NCBI GenBank assembly: GCA_046563655.1
Contig: CM102288.1
Span: forward strand, 4,464,001 to 4,528,000
Direction: 5' to 3'
DNA from: Yuukianura sp. NJ FZ-2021
Lineage: Eukaryota
Length of the DNA: 64,000 nt
Positions 12,501-25,491 of the stretch are shown one piece after another. The translations under genes were made by a program, and so were the position numbers. Below the pieces are notes generated by a model. That model ran no database searches and was not told where the DNA came from. It was given only the letters and a program-made list of their open reading frames with translations. Each line of letters opens with the position of its first letter. Position 1 is the stretch's first letter.

Positions 12501-15500
12501 TAGAAATGTGAAACTGGAATTACAAATGATGGAGTTATACAACCTAGATAGTTTCCATTACAATTTGTAACGGAGTTTGTTCAATGGGCAGTGAGGGAGT
12601 GTTTGTGTAGGGGTCTTTGGGGGGCAATTTTGTGAAAGTGAGAGGGGGAGAGCCCTTAAGTCCCCCTATGAAAACTGAGCAGGAGAAATTGCGGTTCATA
12701 AGTCTTGTAGACACTTTTCACCAGCCCTCTTTTTATGCAAAATGGTTGACAGTTCATTCTTCACAGATTCACGTAACATTTAAGGAAATAACTCTTCCTT
12801 ACCAAAAACGCCTTTCACAAATTCAAAAAAGAGTAAAAACGAAAAAAAAGAGGAAAAAAGTGGGTTGAATTCAAAACGGAAAATATCAAAAACGTGTGAC
12901 AGACAGACGCTCTAAGTCCTCTTTCAGAGTTACTTTAATCGAATCCTTACTTCCATCAATCAAGTCAATCACAGAGGAGTCCTTAGAAGTTCCGCATATT
13001 TTATAAGGGCCCTTTGCATCTCTCTCATCTTCACTTCAAGTGTGGAGAAGGGAGTAACTACTTGAAGTGTGAAGAGAGTAACTCCACTTTGTGCAAAAAG
13101 AGGAAAAAAGCAATTGAATTTGGTTAGTTCTTAATAAAATTTCGAGGAAAAGAGGAGAAAAAAAGTTGAGGAAGAAAGTGAAATTGAAATTGGGGGGTTT
13201 AGAGTGTGGAGAAAGAAAGTGGAACTTTTACTTTTTCAGGGGAAGGAGTGAAAGTTTGAAATTAAAATCTGCAGTGCCTCCATGTGTCTTGTCTTGATTC
13301 AAATCTGTGAAGAAAGTCTAAAGGAAGTGAAAGTTTGATGCACCTTCTTTCTTCACTTCACGTCTCACTTTCTTCTTCCTTTTCCTCTTTAGAACTTCCG
13401 CCGACACACACACTCCTCCGTCGTGTCACAAATAATGTGGCGACACGTAAATCGTTCCACCTCATGAGGCATGAAATTTTTTTGTAAAAAAAACTTGGTT
13501 AAATTTTTGAAAAGTAAACAGTAAACAACGCCAGTCGCGTTCAAAGTGTTTGAACAAAAATTAATCAGCGACACAGTAAACACCGTTGAACAGTTTTTTC
13601 ATACAAAAACAGTAAAGCTAGCTTCTCTCAATTTTAGATTAAAAAAAAAAGCAGTAAAGCCCGGTTCACACTTTAATAAAAACCGTAACAGTGAAGTCGT
13701 GAAGACCGGCTTAAATACAGTAAAGGCCGGTTCACGATTTTAGAGGAAAAACAGGGCCAGTTCACAATTTCATAAGAAAAAAACAACAACAGTAAAGGCC
13801 GGTTCACACTGTACAACAAGCAGTAAAGGCCGGTTCACACTTTTGAAAAAAGTAGAGGCCATGACATGGTTTTTCAAGGAAGAATTGCGAGTTTTTTTAA
13901 ATACAAGCTTTAGTTTGAAATCTAAATTTTTTTAGGGTTATGTTTCACAAAAGCGTATTTTTTTTTGTTTTGTAGTTGACGAGGGTACCGCCAAGAGTTC
14001 CAGTTCGTCAGACTGGATTTTTCCGGAAACTAACCTGGTCCTAGGAGGGCCCTTGGAGACGGATGACGATTCTGAGGAAGATTCCGAGGAGGACTCAGAT
14101 GAAGACAGAGAGTCGGTGGATTTGAATGCAGAGAATGGCAGATCCCGCGAGACTTTGAATTCTCTCCTGACAGGCTCAGCGGAGAGGGGGAGCGGAGGAA
14201 GGGCCGGAGAGCCCTTAGCCACGACGACCACCAGTGCCACCATGGCGGCGGCGGTTCCTTCGAGTCCAGGAGCCGCAAGAAGTCCCACTTGCTCACCAGA
14301 GGAATACGAAATATTAAAAGTACGTGCTCAGATCACTCAATTTTCAAGAAGAACAGAAAAGAAAGCAAAAGAGGGATTTATATTTCAAAAAAAGTTATTT
14401 TCTCCTCCTCACACTTTCTCGTTTTTTTCATCGTTGTTCGGATTCTGGTTGGTTGGTTTATGATGGAAGTGGAAATCCCGGAAATATGTCCAGTAGAAAG
14501 GATTTCCTGGACGACTGGACATGACCAACATAGAATTCTAATTTCAAGGACACTCTCCGTGGTTTCCGATTTCTGAAAATAATGGACATATCAATACAAA
14601 GTTTCCGACGATGAAAGAACTGATTTCGAAATATTTCCATTTCAAACATTTTTCTATGCTTTTCCGGCGTTTTTGATGAAAATGTTAACATTTTTCTATG
14701 CTTTTCCGGCGTTTTTGATAAAAATGGTTGAAATATTTGTGATTTCAGGACAGTCTGCTCCTGTACAGCCACCAGCGTCTCATTTTACGCAATCATCATT
14801 TTGAAAAGAAGTTGTTCCAGACCGGAAATGAAGAAGTTGATACTGGCGGGGCTGACAGGGAGAAAGGTAGCGGCGTGGCAGCCGAAGGTGGGAAAGACTA
14901 CTTACTCAGCCTCATGTTCTCTCACTTTGATCAAAATAACAATGGAGCTCTGGAGTGGCAGGAACTAATAGAAGTAAGTCAGAAGAGGTCAAAGGTCACA
15001 GATCAACTTTAGATTAGGTTGACCTGACTTTTGTTCTTCTAGGTAGGACAAGATGGAAACTTCTTTCCATTCAATAGTCACGGTGGATCCAGTAGTTCGA
15101 GTAGTTGTACGCTCGTGAGTCTGCTTGACTATGACGATTCTGACCACAATCGTCAGTTGAACATCAACGAATTCTATGCCGCCTTCAACAAATTGTACAG
15201 CGTCAGCGTTATTTCCTTAGACAAAGCTCTGGAAGTGACGCATGTCAGAGCTACTGTTGGAGACAACGTAGAATTCAAATGGTACGATCTGAAAATCAAG
15301 AAAATCAAAATCATAAAAATCAAAAATCGATTTCGAAAATTGAATAACTTTGATTACTTTACATACTTGATTCCACAGCGACATTAGTGGTAGTCCCCCA
15401 ATTCCAATTGTATGGAAACGTTATGGCTTGGACATGGCCACGCTGAATCCGGATGAAGAAATTCGCGTGTTCTCCGACGGCACACTTTTTCTGAACAAAA

Positions 15501-18500
15501 TTCAGCTTCTGCATGCCGGAAATTACAGTTGTCAAGCTCAGAGAAATGACAAAGTCGTTCAAACCCACATTCTCACTGTGCAAAGTAAGGAAATACAATA
15601 GATTTGCTTCAAGTTACAATGGGGTCAAGAGGTCAGTGACCTCTAATCTGATTTCCGTAATGAACTGTCATAGCCCTTCCGGATGTCAAAGTCACGCCGC
15701 ATATTGTCTGGGAAAAACCGGGAGAGCAAGTGACCATGGAGTGTCGTGTCATGGGCGAACCGTTTCCAAGTGTCCGGTGAGCTTGAGCAGCACAATTCAT
15801 CTAAAATAAAGTAAAATAATTAATTAACTTAATTAATCAATTGATTTATGTTATTTAGGTGGTTGAAAAATGACGATCCCTTACCTCTAGTCGAACTTGG
15901 TGAGAAATATGTCGTAACTGGCGACGGAATTCGACTTCGCCTCAACGACATTTACTTTTCGGATACCGGAGCGTACATGTGCATGGCTGAGAATTCAGCT
16001 GGGAAGAGACTGGATATCTCCAGCCTCGTGGTCATCGACGACACTACACCTACAGGTAAGGTCAGAGGGGGGTCAAGGGGTCATCTTTTTCAAAAATCTT
16101 ACAACCTAACCCCTGTGCTACCATAACTCATCGTCTGAGGCTTAAATTGTCCAATTGGACCTCCAGGAGGGATCAAGGGCTTTTGAGTGCTCTTGTTCCG
16201 TTGGAAGAGGGATTGGGCTGGAGCTGGAAGTCTCTTGGGAAATGTTCATGGAACTGGAAATCAAGTGTATTACGGCCTCCACGTCTCTTTTCCTCTTTCC
16301 TAATAATTCTGGAATCTAGACACAAGAGTCTCGCAGGAAAAAGATTAATTTCACATTTAATTTCTAAAGACACACGACTACTTAATATAATAGAACGAGA
16401 TTTAGGCAAGATGCTGGCAGAATGCTGGAATTATTTTAAGAGTAATAAGTGCATTGGTGCTGAACAAGTTGAGCGACTAAAACATAGTCAAACTGGAAGT
16501 TTCTCTGGGTTTTTCGAAATTTGGAAAGCCTAACTACTAATTACTAAGTAGTTTGGCTCGTGTCTTCTTGGTTCTAAAAATTACGGAGATTTTCAAATGG
16601 GAGCTTACGAGAGAAGTCGGTTGGTCCAGGCTTCCCAACCTCTCGTGCGATACTCTTCTGCTGCAACAATTTGATCTTCTTTGCATTTCCCAAGTATTCC
16701 ACGTCCAACAATTATGACATCTCCGTGTCTTTCTCCAACAGCATCTTCGACTGTAACGTATTGCTGGCCAAGTGAGTCCGGAACAGGGTCCAGAGACACT
16801 CCAGGAATGAACTGGAGATACCGCCCTTTCGATTTGTTCAAAAGGTCAGAGGTCACGTCCGTTTGAGCAACAAATCCAGTAGTGACTGATCGGAATCCGT
16901 CTTGTGTCACCATGTCAGTAACTTCTTTGGCGTAACTAGGAATTTTAGAAGCCAAATTCTCTTCTGAACTCATCTGAGTGATGAAAATGGCTGACAAGGC
17001 TGGGAACCGGGCGAAGCAAGATAAGAGTCCAGTTCCTGGCAGGCCATGAGCTGTGACCATATGAACCCATTCGGAGATTTCATAAGGTTTGCTCTTGAGC
17101 TGCTTCTCGACGGTATGCCCAATGTCTCCAAACTTCCGGTCTTCTAGGATGAGGAATGACTCTTGTTCGCTAAGTTTTGTCAGCCGACGTCGGAATTCGA
17201 GAACTTGATCACGACTTTCAAAGTTGTAGGTGTCCAAATGCTAGAAAAAAACAAAACAGATCAGAATTTGAGAACAAAACTTAAGTAAATGGAACTCCGA
17301 AGAATCTGTTTACCGTTTTGACAAGGCAAATGTAAGGAGCCAATCTCTCAATTCCGTCCAAAACTTCCCACCAATTGTCTAAATCGAAGGAAATGCAGAG
17401 ATTTGATTTTTTCTTGAGCATGATTTGGAGCAATGTTCGGCCGTTGGGAGTAGGAACGTGAGGTATGAGTGACTCTATTTTTTGTTCAACGTCCAAGTCA
17501 CGTTGTGTTAAATTTTGATTGAGGAAGGCAGAGATTTGAGAGATTTGAGCTGCACTGATGATGTCCTCACGAGAAAGAACAGACAGCAATAATGGCACTG
17601 TCAAGAGCGAGTGAAGCGTGATCCCATGGTAAGCCAGATTCTCAGCAGCCCCTTGTCCCCTGTCAAGAATTGTGATGACATCGGTCACAACTAGTTCATG
17701 GGCCCGTAGGACGTTGGCAGTGTCAATGACACTGGACCCAGTTGATACGACATCTTCGATGAGGAGACAAGTATTTCCGATATCATACACTCCTTCGACT
17801 AATTGCTTCGTTCCGTAGGATTTGGCCTCTTTTCTGTAATAAAAATTACCCTAAGTTAACAAATTGACTGACATTACGACTAAAAGTTACCTTTTGAGAA
17901 TCATGGGTACCGAAGACAGAGAAGACACAACAGTTGCGATGGGAAGAGCTGTATAGGGAATACCGCAGATCAAATCATAGGGCAGTTCCAAGTCTTGTGC
18001 CTTTTGCCATATCATGGAAGATATCGTCTTCTACAATTTCAAAACAAAAGAATATGAACTGTTAATTACTTAATCAAGGATTTGTTTAACTTTACCAGTA
18101 GTTGAGGATAAGAAATGACAACTCTCATATCAAAGTAGATGGGACTGATGAACCCAGACTTGAGTTTAAACTCTCCGAACTTGATGGTTCCAATTTCATA
18201 GAGTTTCATGATGAGTGACTCCAGTTGACCTTTCGACCCTCCATCATCCCCCTCCCCCAGCATCTCAGAACTCATCTGTCCAAAATCCAAACCGTACTAC
18301 CTACGAAACGAAAAAAAACACAGTTATCAGACACCGTAGTATCCACTTTGTATGACTCACTCAAACTCATGTTATCGATTATCGATTTAGCTTCGCTTCC
18401 ATTCGAGTCCTACCGTACTACGTACTCCTGCAGGACATAACACCCTAAAGGTCAAATGTCAAAGGTCAAATATTCCTGGCCTTACCTCCCAACTTCCAGA

Positions 18501-20412
18501 GATATCTGGTCACTTAAGATTCAAGATCGGACAATTATTTTGCAAGCTATATTGACCACGATTGTCTAAATAAATCAGCGATTAGCGACGCTCGCTTCTG
18601 AGTGCTGAAGATGCTGGATAGTGTATAGGATACTGATGACGCTGAACTACTTGATGGTCGTCGCACATCGCAAGAAAGTCAGCTAGCAAGTGAGATAGCG
18701 AGCTGAAACTTTGAACATGAGTTTCCCGCCCGTAAAAATTGATTTTTCGGGAGTGGCGTCTACTTTGTTATACATACGAATTTCGCCTTTGGGATTTCTA
18801 CGAATGAAAATTATGCTTTGAAAGATTTTTGAAAATTGAATTTTGGTTTGCCATTTCGTTTTTAGTTCCGGGAAATGAATCACAATTTTTCGTCTTTCAT
18901 GACCTCGGGATTTCCGTTTACGACCCAGCGACATGTCGGATTCAGCATCAAATCCAAGCCACGGACATCATTCCAGGAACTCAGGTAACTAATTAACCCA
19001 ACTCTTTACTTAATTTTTACTTAATTAATTTAATTAACTTTAATTTATCTTCAAGGACTCCGTTTGTGCCGAGGCTGGTGGATTATGCGAATGGGGCGAG
19101 GCTGTCCGAGTATCGTCTACTTATGTTTACGTGAGTCAGCCGAAACTGGACCGAGTTCTGGTCATTTCCGTGTCGCAAATGGTCGTTGTTGACGTTGTGT
19201 CGACGGATCGTTACCCCGTGGGAATCGACTACGTTCCGCACTTGGATCAGATCTGGGTCACTTGTTGGTCACATGTAGATGACCCCTCGTCACAGAAAAC
19301 ACTCCAGGTCATCCGGGATGCCAAGGAGAAGAAGAAGCATCACACGGTTCACCCTGAACCGATCAATAGTCACTTTGACCTCGTCGATGCCATTTTCCTT
19401 CCACCACCATTCCTGTCCAGCTCCCAGTTTAGACACGGGTATGTGTCACACAAGAACACGCGGGGACTGTACAAAATGGATCTAATTGGACTCAGATACA
19501 CAAAATCAATTGATCTCACCCCCTACAACTGTTTTCCACAGCATCTCCAATTTTCAGCACTCTGTAAGAACCGAAATTTTTTGATTTTCTGAAATTTTTA
19601 TGAAAATTTTGATAATTTTGAAATGTATTTGACCTTTTGACCTCTTTGTAGATGGAATGCTGATAGTCGAGTGTTATGAGCCAGTGACGCTCAAGCATTC
19701 TGGACAACTCGTCCTTGACATCCTGACGGATGCAGTAATCCATTTCAAGTCAGATCGGTATGGACGGCCATACTTGAGTCCAGATTCAAGGAAGTTGGTC
19801 ACAGTGTCCCATGGCCAAGATGGGACAACTCTACTCGTCCAATTGGTCAAAGGTAGGCTAACAAAAGGTCAAAGGTCAAAGGAAAACCGAAGACCCAAAA
19901 CCTATAACTCTCAAATCCAGGAATTTCAAAATCTAATTTTCGATGAACTTCATTTTCGACTTTTTCTAGAAATCGGGCTTGAGTTTTTCTTTGACGTCAA
20001 AACGTCTCTGAACGTGAGCGACGTTTCCTTCTTCCCCTCGCAACACTCTCACACGTATGACTTGTACGCAAGCGCCGTTGACAAAGAGGATGTGCTGTTC
20101 CTAGACTTGGAATCGGGTAAGAACCAAAGGTCAAAGGTCAATTTGAGGTCAAAGGTCATATGTTATCTATCATAAATTAGTGAATATGTTTGGACTTTTC
20201 CAGGAAAAGTGGAGACGGTGTCCGGGGTGGGTGGGGCCTTGGTGTGGAGCCCTTGGAAGTCCACCCGAAGACCCATATCAAGTCAAGGGCTCTTTAGTCG
20301 CTACTTGGCCACGCCCTCAGCCGATGCAGTTTTTGTACTCAACGGGCTCTCCCATACAGTCAACTGTCAAATTGGTGGACTCAGCAAACCACATCAAATC
20401 ATCTGGTTGTGA
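9572..20412 (+). CDS. FSTL5: Follistatin-like 4/5 family secreted protein (Kazal/FOLN, EF-hands, two Ig domains, C-terminal beta-propeller region); 5' signal-peptide exon not identified
   Basis: In-frame GT-AG exon chain: 9572-9653, 9708-10040 (CGHGKEC...CVCKDHC...[20 protein letters not shown], follistatin/Kazal), 13976-14319, 14749-14973 ([14 protein letters not shown]-hand), 15043-15281 ([13 protein letters not shown]), 15379-15584 and 15674-15776/15859-16055 (Ig C..W..GxYxC; DTGAYMC), 18866-18984, 19056-19563, 19652-19852, 19970-20116, 20204-20412 (TGA). Domain order matches FSTL4/5. Confidence 0.85.
13652..13860. repeat. Cluster of 5-6 imperfect direct repeats CAGTAAAGGCCGGTTCACAC with variable A-rich spacers
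   Basis: Copies start near 13652, 13718, 13752 (partial), 13790 and 13821, inside an FSTL intron. Confidence 0.8.
14644..14728. repeat. Tandem duplication of about 44 bp
   Basis: aacatttttctatgcttttccggcgtttttgat(g/a)aaaatg occurs twice. Confidence 0.85.
16605..18275 (-). CDS. UMPS: UMP synthase (OPRTase + OMP decarboxylase), nested antisense in FSTL intron 16056-18865
   Basis: Exons 18275-18096, 18030-17891, 17833-17314, 17240-16605. Motifs: [43 protein letters not shown]-binding [12 protein letters not shown], ODCase VKTH.D and [15 protein letters not shown]...GQQY, IIVGRGI. Confidence 0.97.
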
Positions 20413-20940
20413 ATTAACCAATTGACGAGCAAAATACTTTTAGACGATTAGAAATCGCTTTGAAAACGTTTTTTAAGTTCAAAATATCTTCCTCGTCTTT
20501 TCAAATTTAGGATTTTCTAGGAATTTGAAAAATGTTTCAAAAAATGGACAATTTATATTTGAATATACTATCTTAAAATAGCAAAAGTTCATCACTAGGT
20601 CTTCCCAGGTTGAACTTAACGTTTAGGATACTTCTTAGCTTCTGTTTAGTTGAATTTGGAAAAGTTTTAGAAATTTTCAAAAAATGAAAACTTCGAAGAG
20701 GCACAAATGTAGATATTCCTTAGAGAAGTGTTAGACTTTAGCTAACTAATTTTCTGTGGGTCATCAAGAGGTCAACTAAAAGCTAACTTTATGTGAGTCA
20801 GTTTTGGTTTTGATAAAACTAATTTTATTTAGTAAAAAGCGAAAGGAAGTAAAATGCCTTAATTCGAATTTGAATTCTCCCAATTTATTCAAAATTTGAC
20901 ATTTATGTTAAATTTTGACATGAAAATGACATGTTGTCAC

Positions 20941-20954
20941 GTTGCCATGACAAC
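20941..20954 (+). promoter_or_regulatory. RFX X-box upstream of ciliary gene CFAP52
   Basis: GTTGCCATGACAAC is a near-perfect match to the palindromic X-box GTTGCCATGGCAAC and lies about 165 bp upstream of the ATG at 21117. Confidence 0.8.
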
Positions 20955-21116
20955 GCCGTTGAACTGTTTCAAATGTTTGATCGACAAAGTTTGATCAAAA
21001 CGAGCAGATTTTTCCTCGACAATTTGCGGTCTGTGGAGTCAGAAGGTTGCGGAAGACAGAAGAATTCGTCTGACCTTTGACCTGATTAATTGAAAGTTTG
21101 AAGGAAACAAAGCAAG

Positions 21117-24100
21117 ATGAGTGTGAATCTCTGTAACGTCGACTTTGAAGCGGCTCACCTACCGCTCATTTCAACAATTGGATTTGAAGGTACAGCAAAA
21201 TATAACTTTGAGATTTTTAGAATTTTGAAATTGAGTTTTTGAAATTTTGAATTCAGGAAAAGTGGTCAATGGCCTACACGCAGATCCTACTGGTCAATTC
21301 TTGGTCTATGCCATCGGAACTAACGTGATCAAGGCCGATACGCACACTGGAAAACAGACGTTTATGATTGGTCACACGAACAATGTGACCTGCATTGACC
21401 TGGACAAATGTGGAAGACTCATTGTCTCTGGACAAATGAACTACATTGGACTTCCTGTGAGAAACTAATTAACAATTAAGTTAATTAAGAATCAAGATTA
21501 GTTAGTAATTAATTGATTTTGCATAGGCGGATGTCATTATCTGGGATTTCGGATCTGGGTGTAAGATGGGTCAATATTCGAATCATTTGACCCGGGTCAA
21601 CACTGTCGTCTTCTCCCATGATGGTCGCTACATCATGAGTTGTGGCAACTTGGACGATGCCAATCTCTGCATCTACGACACACAACGCTGCAAAGTCATC
21701 TGCGGTAAGTTACCAAAATTTTGAAAAGTATTGGAATTCTGAAATTTGAAATTTTGAAATCGCAGGTCAAGGGTCAATGCCCGGGTCAGCAGGAATCCCA
21801 AGAGTAGCTGCACCGACCAATACGCGTAACGACTGCTGGATTGTTGGTGGCGAAGGGTACTTGTACGTCTGGATGCTCACGCAAGACAATCGACTTCGCT
21901 GGGAAAAAGCCAATATCAAAAAAATCAAACGCACAATCGACGCCATTTGTGTAAGAATTTTGATTTGATCTGCGCATGCGTAACCAAAACTGCTGAAATT
22001 CCGTCAAAAATTTCTTTTTTGAACAGATTGACGCCACGGACGACGTGGCTTATTGTGGAACAGCTACTGGAGATATCATGAAGGTCAAGCTATACTTGCC
22101 CCCAGCGATCCCACCATCTTGTGGTGGGAGCTGCGATCGCTTGGGCCCACCAGCCCCTGGACCAATCATCTGCACAGTCGTCACTCGGTGGGCGGGACCT
22201 TGCGAACGAGGTCGCAACACGCATTTGTACAAAGGAGGTCAGAAAACATTCAAAATGTTTCGAAATTTCAAAATTTGACATTGGTCATAAATGGCTTTGA
22301 ATTTAGGAATCACGGCAATGAAAATTTTGGCGTCTGGAGACTTTTTGATCGGAACTGGCTGCGGAATTGTGACGCAGGTAAACTGAAACGTGACAAAATT
22401 TTGATTTTGAAAAATGTGAATTTTTGATTTTGTGGACTCATTTTTTTGAAAAACGCTTTTGATTTGGACAGGCCCGTCTCAAGGTCATTTGTCGTCGTGG
22501 GGACGCCGTGGAGGTTTTGAATGAGTATGGACCACAAATGGGAGTTCGTGGAGCGGTGACATCGCTGATGACGAGCTGTGAAACTGTGCTGGTGGGGTCA
22601 TCCATGAACGAAGTGACTTATGCCAAACTGGGATGCTTGGATACTTCAAAGCTCCTGGCTTCTGGACACTACTCGGTCGTCAACGACATTGCTTTTCCGT
22701 GCGAGTACTCTCAGGTAAGAAGATAATTGTAATTAGTTAATTACTCAATTAAGTTAAACCATAATTTTAATTTTTTAAACAATTTTTTAAGGTGTTTGCT
22801 TCCTGCAATTTTGAGGACATTCGGATTTGGAATTCGTCTCAGATGCGGGAAATCGTCCGGATCAATGTGGCCAACATGACTTGCAATGCAGTAGTATTCA
22901 CTCCTGATGGACGTTCAGTTGTTTCCGGTAATTGACTAAAATACAAATTAATTAGTATAATTAAGTCGTGATTAAAATAAATTCACATTTTAATTGTGTT
23001 TGGACAGGTTGGAACGATTCCCACATTCGGACTTACACTCCGCAGTCTGGAACTCCGCTCTGGGTAATCTATCACGCCCATCTTCGTGGAGTGACAGCGT
23101 TGGCCATCTTCTCGGACAGTCGGTACATGGTTTCCGGTGGAGAAGAAGGACAGGTCAGAATTAGTCAAATGTTTGACCTTTGACCTTTATACAAACCAAG
23201 GTCAACTTTTGATTGGTTCCAGGTTCGACTTTGGGGAATCTGTCCACAGCAACAAACACCAATTGCGATCATGAAAGAACACTTGGGACCAATCACAGGG
23301 CAGGAAACTAGAATAAAATGAACTAAATTAATATAATATAAGTATAAAATAATAATAGTAATGAATATAAGCATAACAAATTGGTTACATTTTGGATTTT
23401 CAGTCTGCGTCTGCGCAGCAACGATCTGGAAGTCGCCAGCTCCTCCTGCGACGGATCCATTGTGATCTGGTGTTTGAAAAAGTTCATTCGGAAGGCCATT
23501 GTGCAAATGGACACTTTGTTCCTGGACCTCGCCTGGCATCCCAATGAGTGTCAAGTAACTGAAAACATTAACAAATCCAATGACCTTTGACCTCTCAACA
23601 TTCATTTTTCAAAATTCTAGATTGTTGGTGTCACACACAACCACAAGTTGGGTTACTTTGAAACTTACGATGGATCCAGCATTCGAGAAATCATGGCATC
23701 AGAAACAGATCCAGTTCACTCCGTAGATGTTTCTGCAGACGGTATGTCAATTAATTAATTAATTCAATTAATTGATTAGACTCCAAATCAATTGAAAACT
23801 TTTACCTCTTTCATTTCTCCCGTAGGGCTCTACATCGTTACTGCTGGTGCGGATCGACAGGTTAAGGTGAGCGAGAATTTGAAATGTGGCAGAGGTCAAT
23901 TTTTGGGAGAGGTCAAAGGTCATTCGTCTTTTTTCTTGTTAGCTTTGGTCCTACAAGGAGTCCAAGCTGCTACGCAAAGGTGTTGTGCACAGCGATGAAG
24001 TCGTGAGGGTCCGATTCAGTCCATGTAGCGACTATATTTTGGTAAGGAGAAAACAATTTTATATTATAAAATTATAATGTTTATATTATAGTAATTATAG

Positions 24101-24287
24101 TGTTTATTAAGTTTTAATGCTTTTCTTACAGTCATGTTGTCGAGATGGATCCATTTTCAAGTGGGAGTTTCCAAAGGACTTGGCTTGTGTGTCCATTTCA
24201 ATTGTTCCTACCAAGTGCCATGGAAAGTTTGACCAACCTGCAGTTACTGACGGTCGCGGGTATCCTGGACTTCCAACATGCCAGTGA
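21117..24287 (+). CDS. CFAP52: Cilia- and flagella-associated protein 52 (WDR16), WD40 axonemal inner protein
   Basis: About 15 exons (approximately 21117-21189, 21257-21456, 21528-21704, 21766-21950, 22027-22237, 22308-22377, 22472-22714, 22792-22927, 23008-23152, 23223-23299, 23404-23554, 23621-23741, 23826-23866, 23943-24041, 24132-24287). Diagnostic strings: TIGFEGKVVNGLHADP, GHTNNVTC..SGQ..ADVIIWD, CGTATGDI, HYSVVNDIAFPCEYS, SGWNDSHIRTYTPQSG, SGGEEGQVRLW, DGSIFKWEFP. Confidence 0.9.
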
Positions 24288-24666
24288 CCAATAACCTGAA
24301 ACATCAAAAAACGAAAAATACTTTTAAAAAAACGAAAAATACTTTGAAAAAACGGTGTAACAAACTGTAATCTTTGTACAACTGCATTTTGAAAAAATAA
24401 AACTGGGCAAAAACAAAGACTTTGCAAATTGCAAAAACTTTTTTCTTTACTAACTAAATAAAATGTATAATTTTCATGAAAATACTACTTTTTTAAGATA
24501 AGTTTTAGAAAAAGTATGCAAAAGGCTAGTGGTCAATATAGCGGAAGGCCTGAACGATGAATAATAAGCACGACGTATTCACAAAACATTGGCAGCAAGA
24601 TTAACACTCAAATGTTTGCTTTCCCGTTGAACTTTCATCGAAAAACTATAACGGCTGAATTTGTCA

Positions 24667-25491
24667 TCACATGTCAACGTCACTCTTCTCCGAGTCCGAA
24701 TCGGACATCATCTGAACTGTTTCGTTTAGATTCTCATCTTTCTTCTTAGGACGATTTACTCCAGCTGGAATTGATTCTGAATTGGCAAGAACCAGTTTGG
24801 TCATCCTCTTTACGACTTGCCGTTTTGCTTCTTCAAACTGCTGCTCCTGAAAATAGTTCCTCAAAGTTGTTGAAAGTTGAAATTGATCAGTTTAACTGGA
24901 AGGCCAGAAGGTCACAGAAATATATCTTACAACATGTTTTCTCTCTCGGTGTTGAATGAGGTCCATCCACTGCTCGAGGGTGTAGTGATCTGGCTTGGTT
25001 GGCTTTCCCAGTAAAATCAAAGGGCAATCTGGATTGAGATTTGCGTGACGAATCCTGCAAAGATATTTTAAAGAAATCCTACATTTCAAATCCACGTCCA
25101 GGACATTTGAATAGATCGTTCCAGTGTTAAGATTTTTACCACGGATCAGATGTAGCTTCAAGGTTCTTCACGATACAGAGACAAACGACGCAGCGTCCTT
25201 CACCTTTAGCGTAAAATTCCAATCCGGCTTGGGCCAACTAAAAGTAAACAAAACGTAAGCTGAAATACAAAAATGAGTTTTTCAATATAAAGTTCTTCTC
25301 ATCTTAAACTGCTTCGTATCCAAAGCTCCAAGTTGTGATTGCATTACCTTTTGTGGAGTGCAGAGATACAAAAAAGAGGAATCGGTGTTCGGCCATTTGG
25401 CTTCTAAAAATGTGCTCAGACGTTCACTGTGAAACATGTTTTGGTATGGATTAAAATTAGCCCCATTGTAGCGGCTGTTACTACTGGCCAT
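24667..25491 (-). CDS. Survivin/BIRC5-like single-BIR protein with C-terminal helix (divergent)
   Basis: Exons 25491-25348, 25237-25140, 25054-24931, 24846-24667. ERLSTF..KWP...CTPQKLAQAG...CVVC-x16-H-x6-C gives the BIR zinc ligands, followed by a charged helix (EQQFEEAKRQVVKRM). About 180 aa. Confidence 0.8.

Noticed and set aside
13652..13860. CRISPR array
   Set aside because: Eukaryotic intron, degenerate repeats, irregular low-complexity spacers and no cas genes.
18633..18678. Hammerhead ribozyme (CTGATGA...GAAA)
   Set aside because: No convincing stem II closing pairs or stems I/III around the core motifs.
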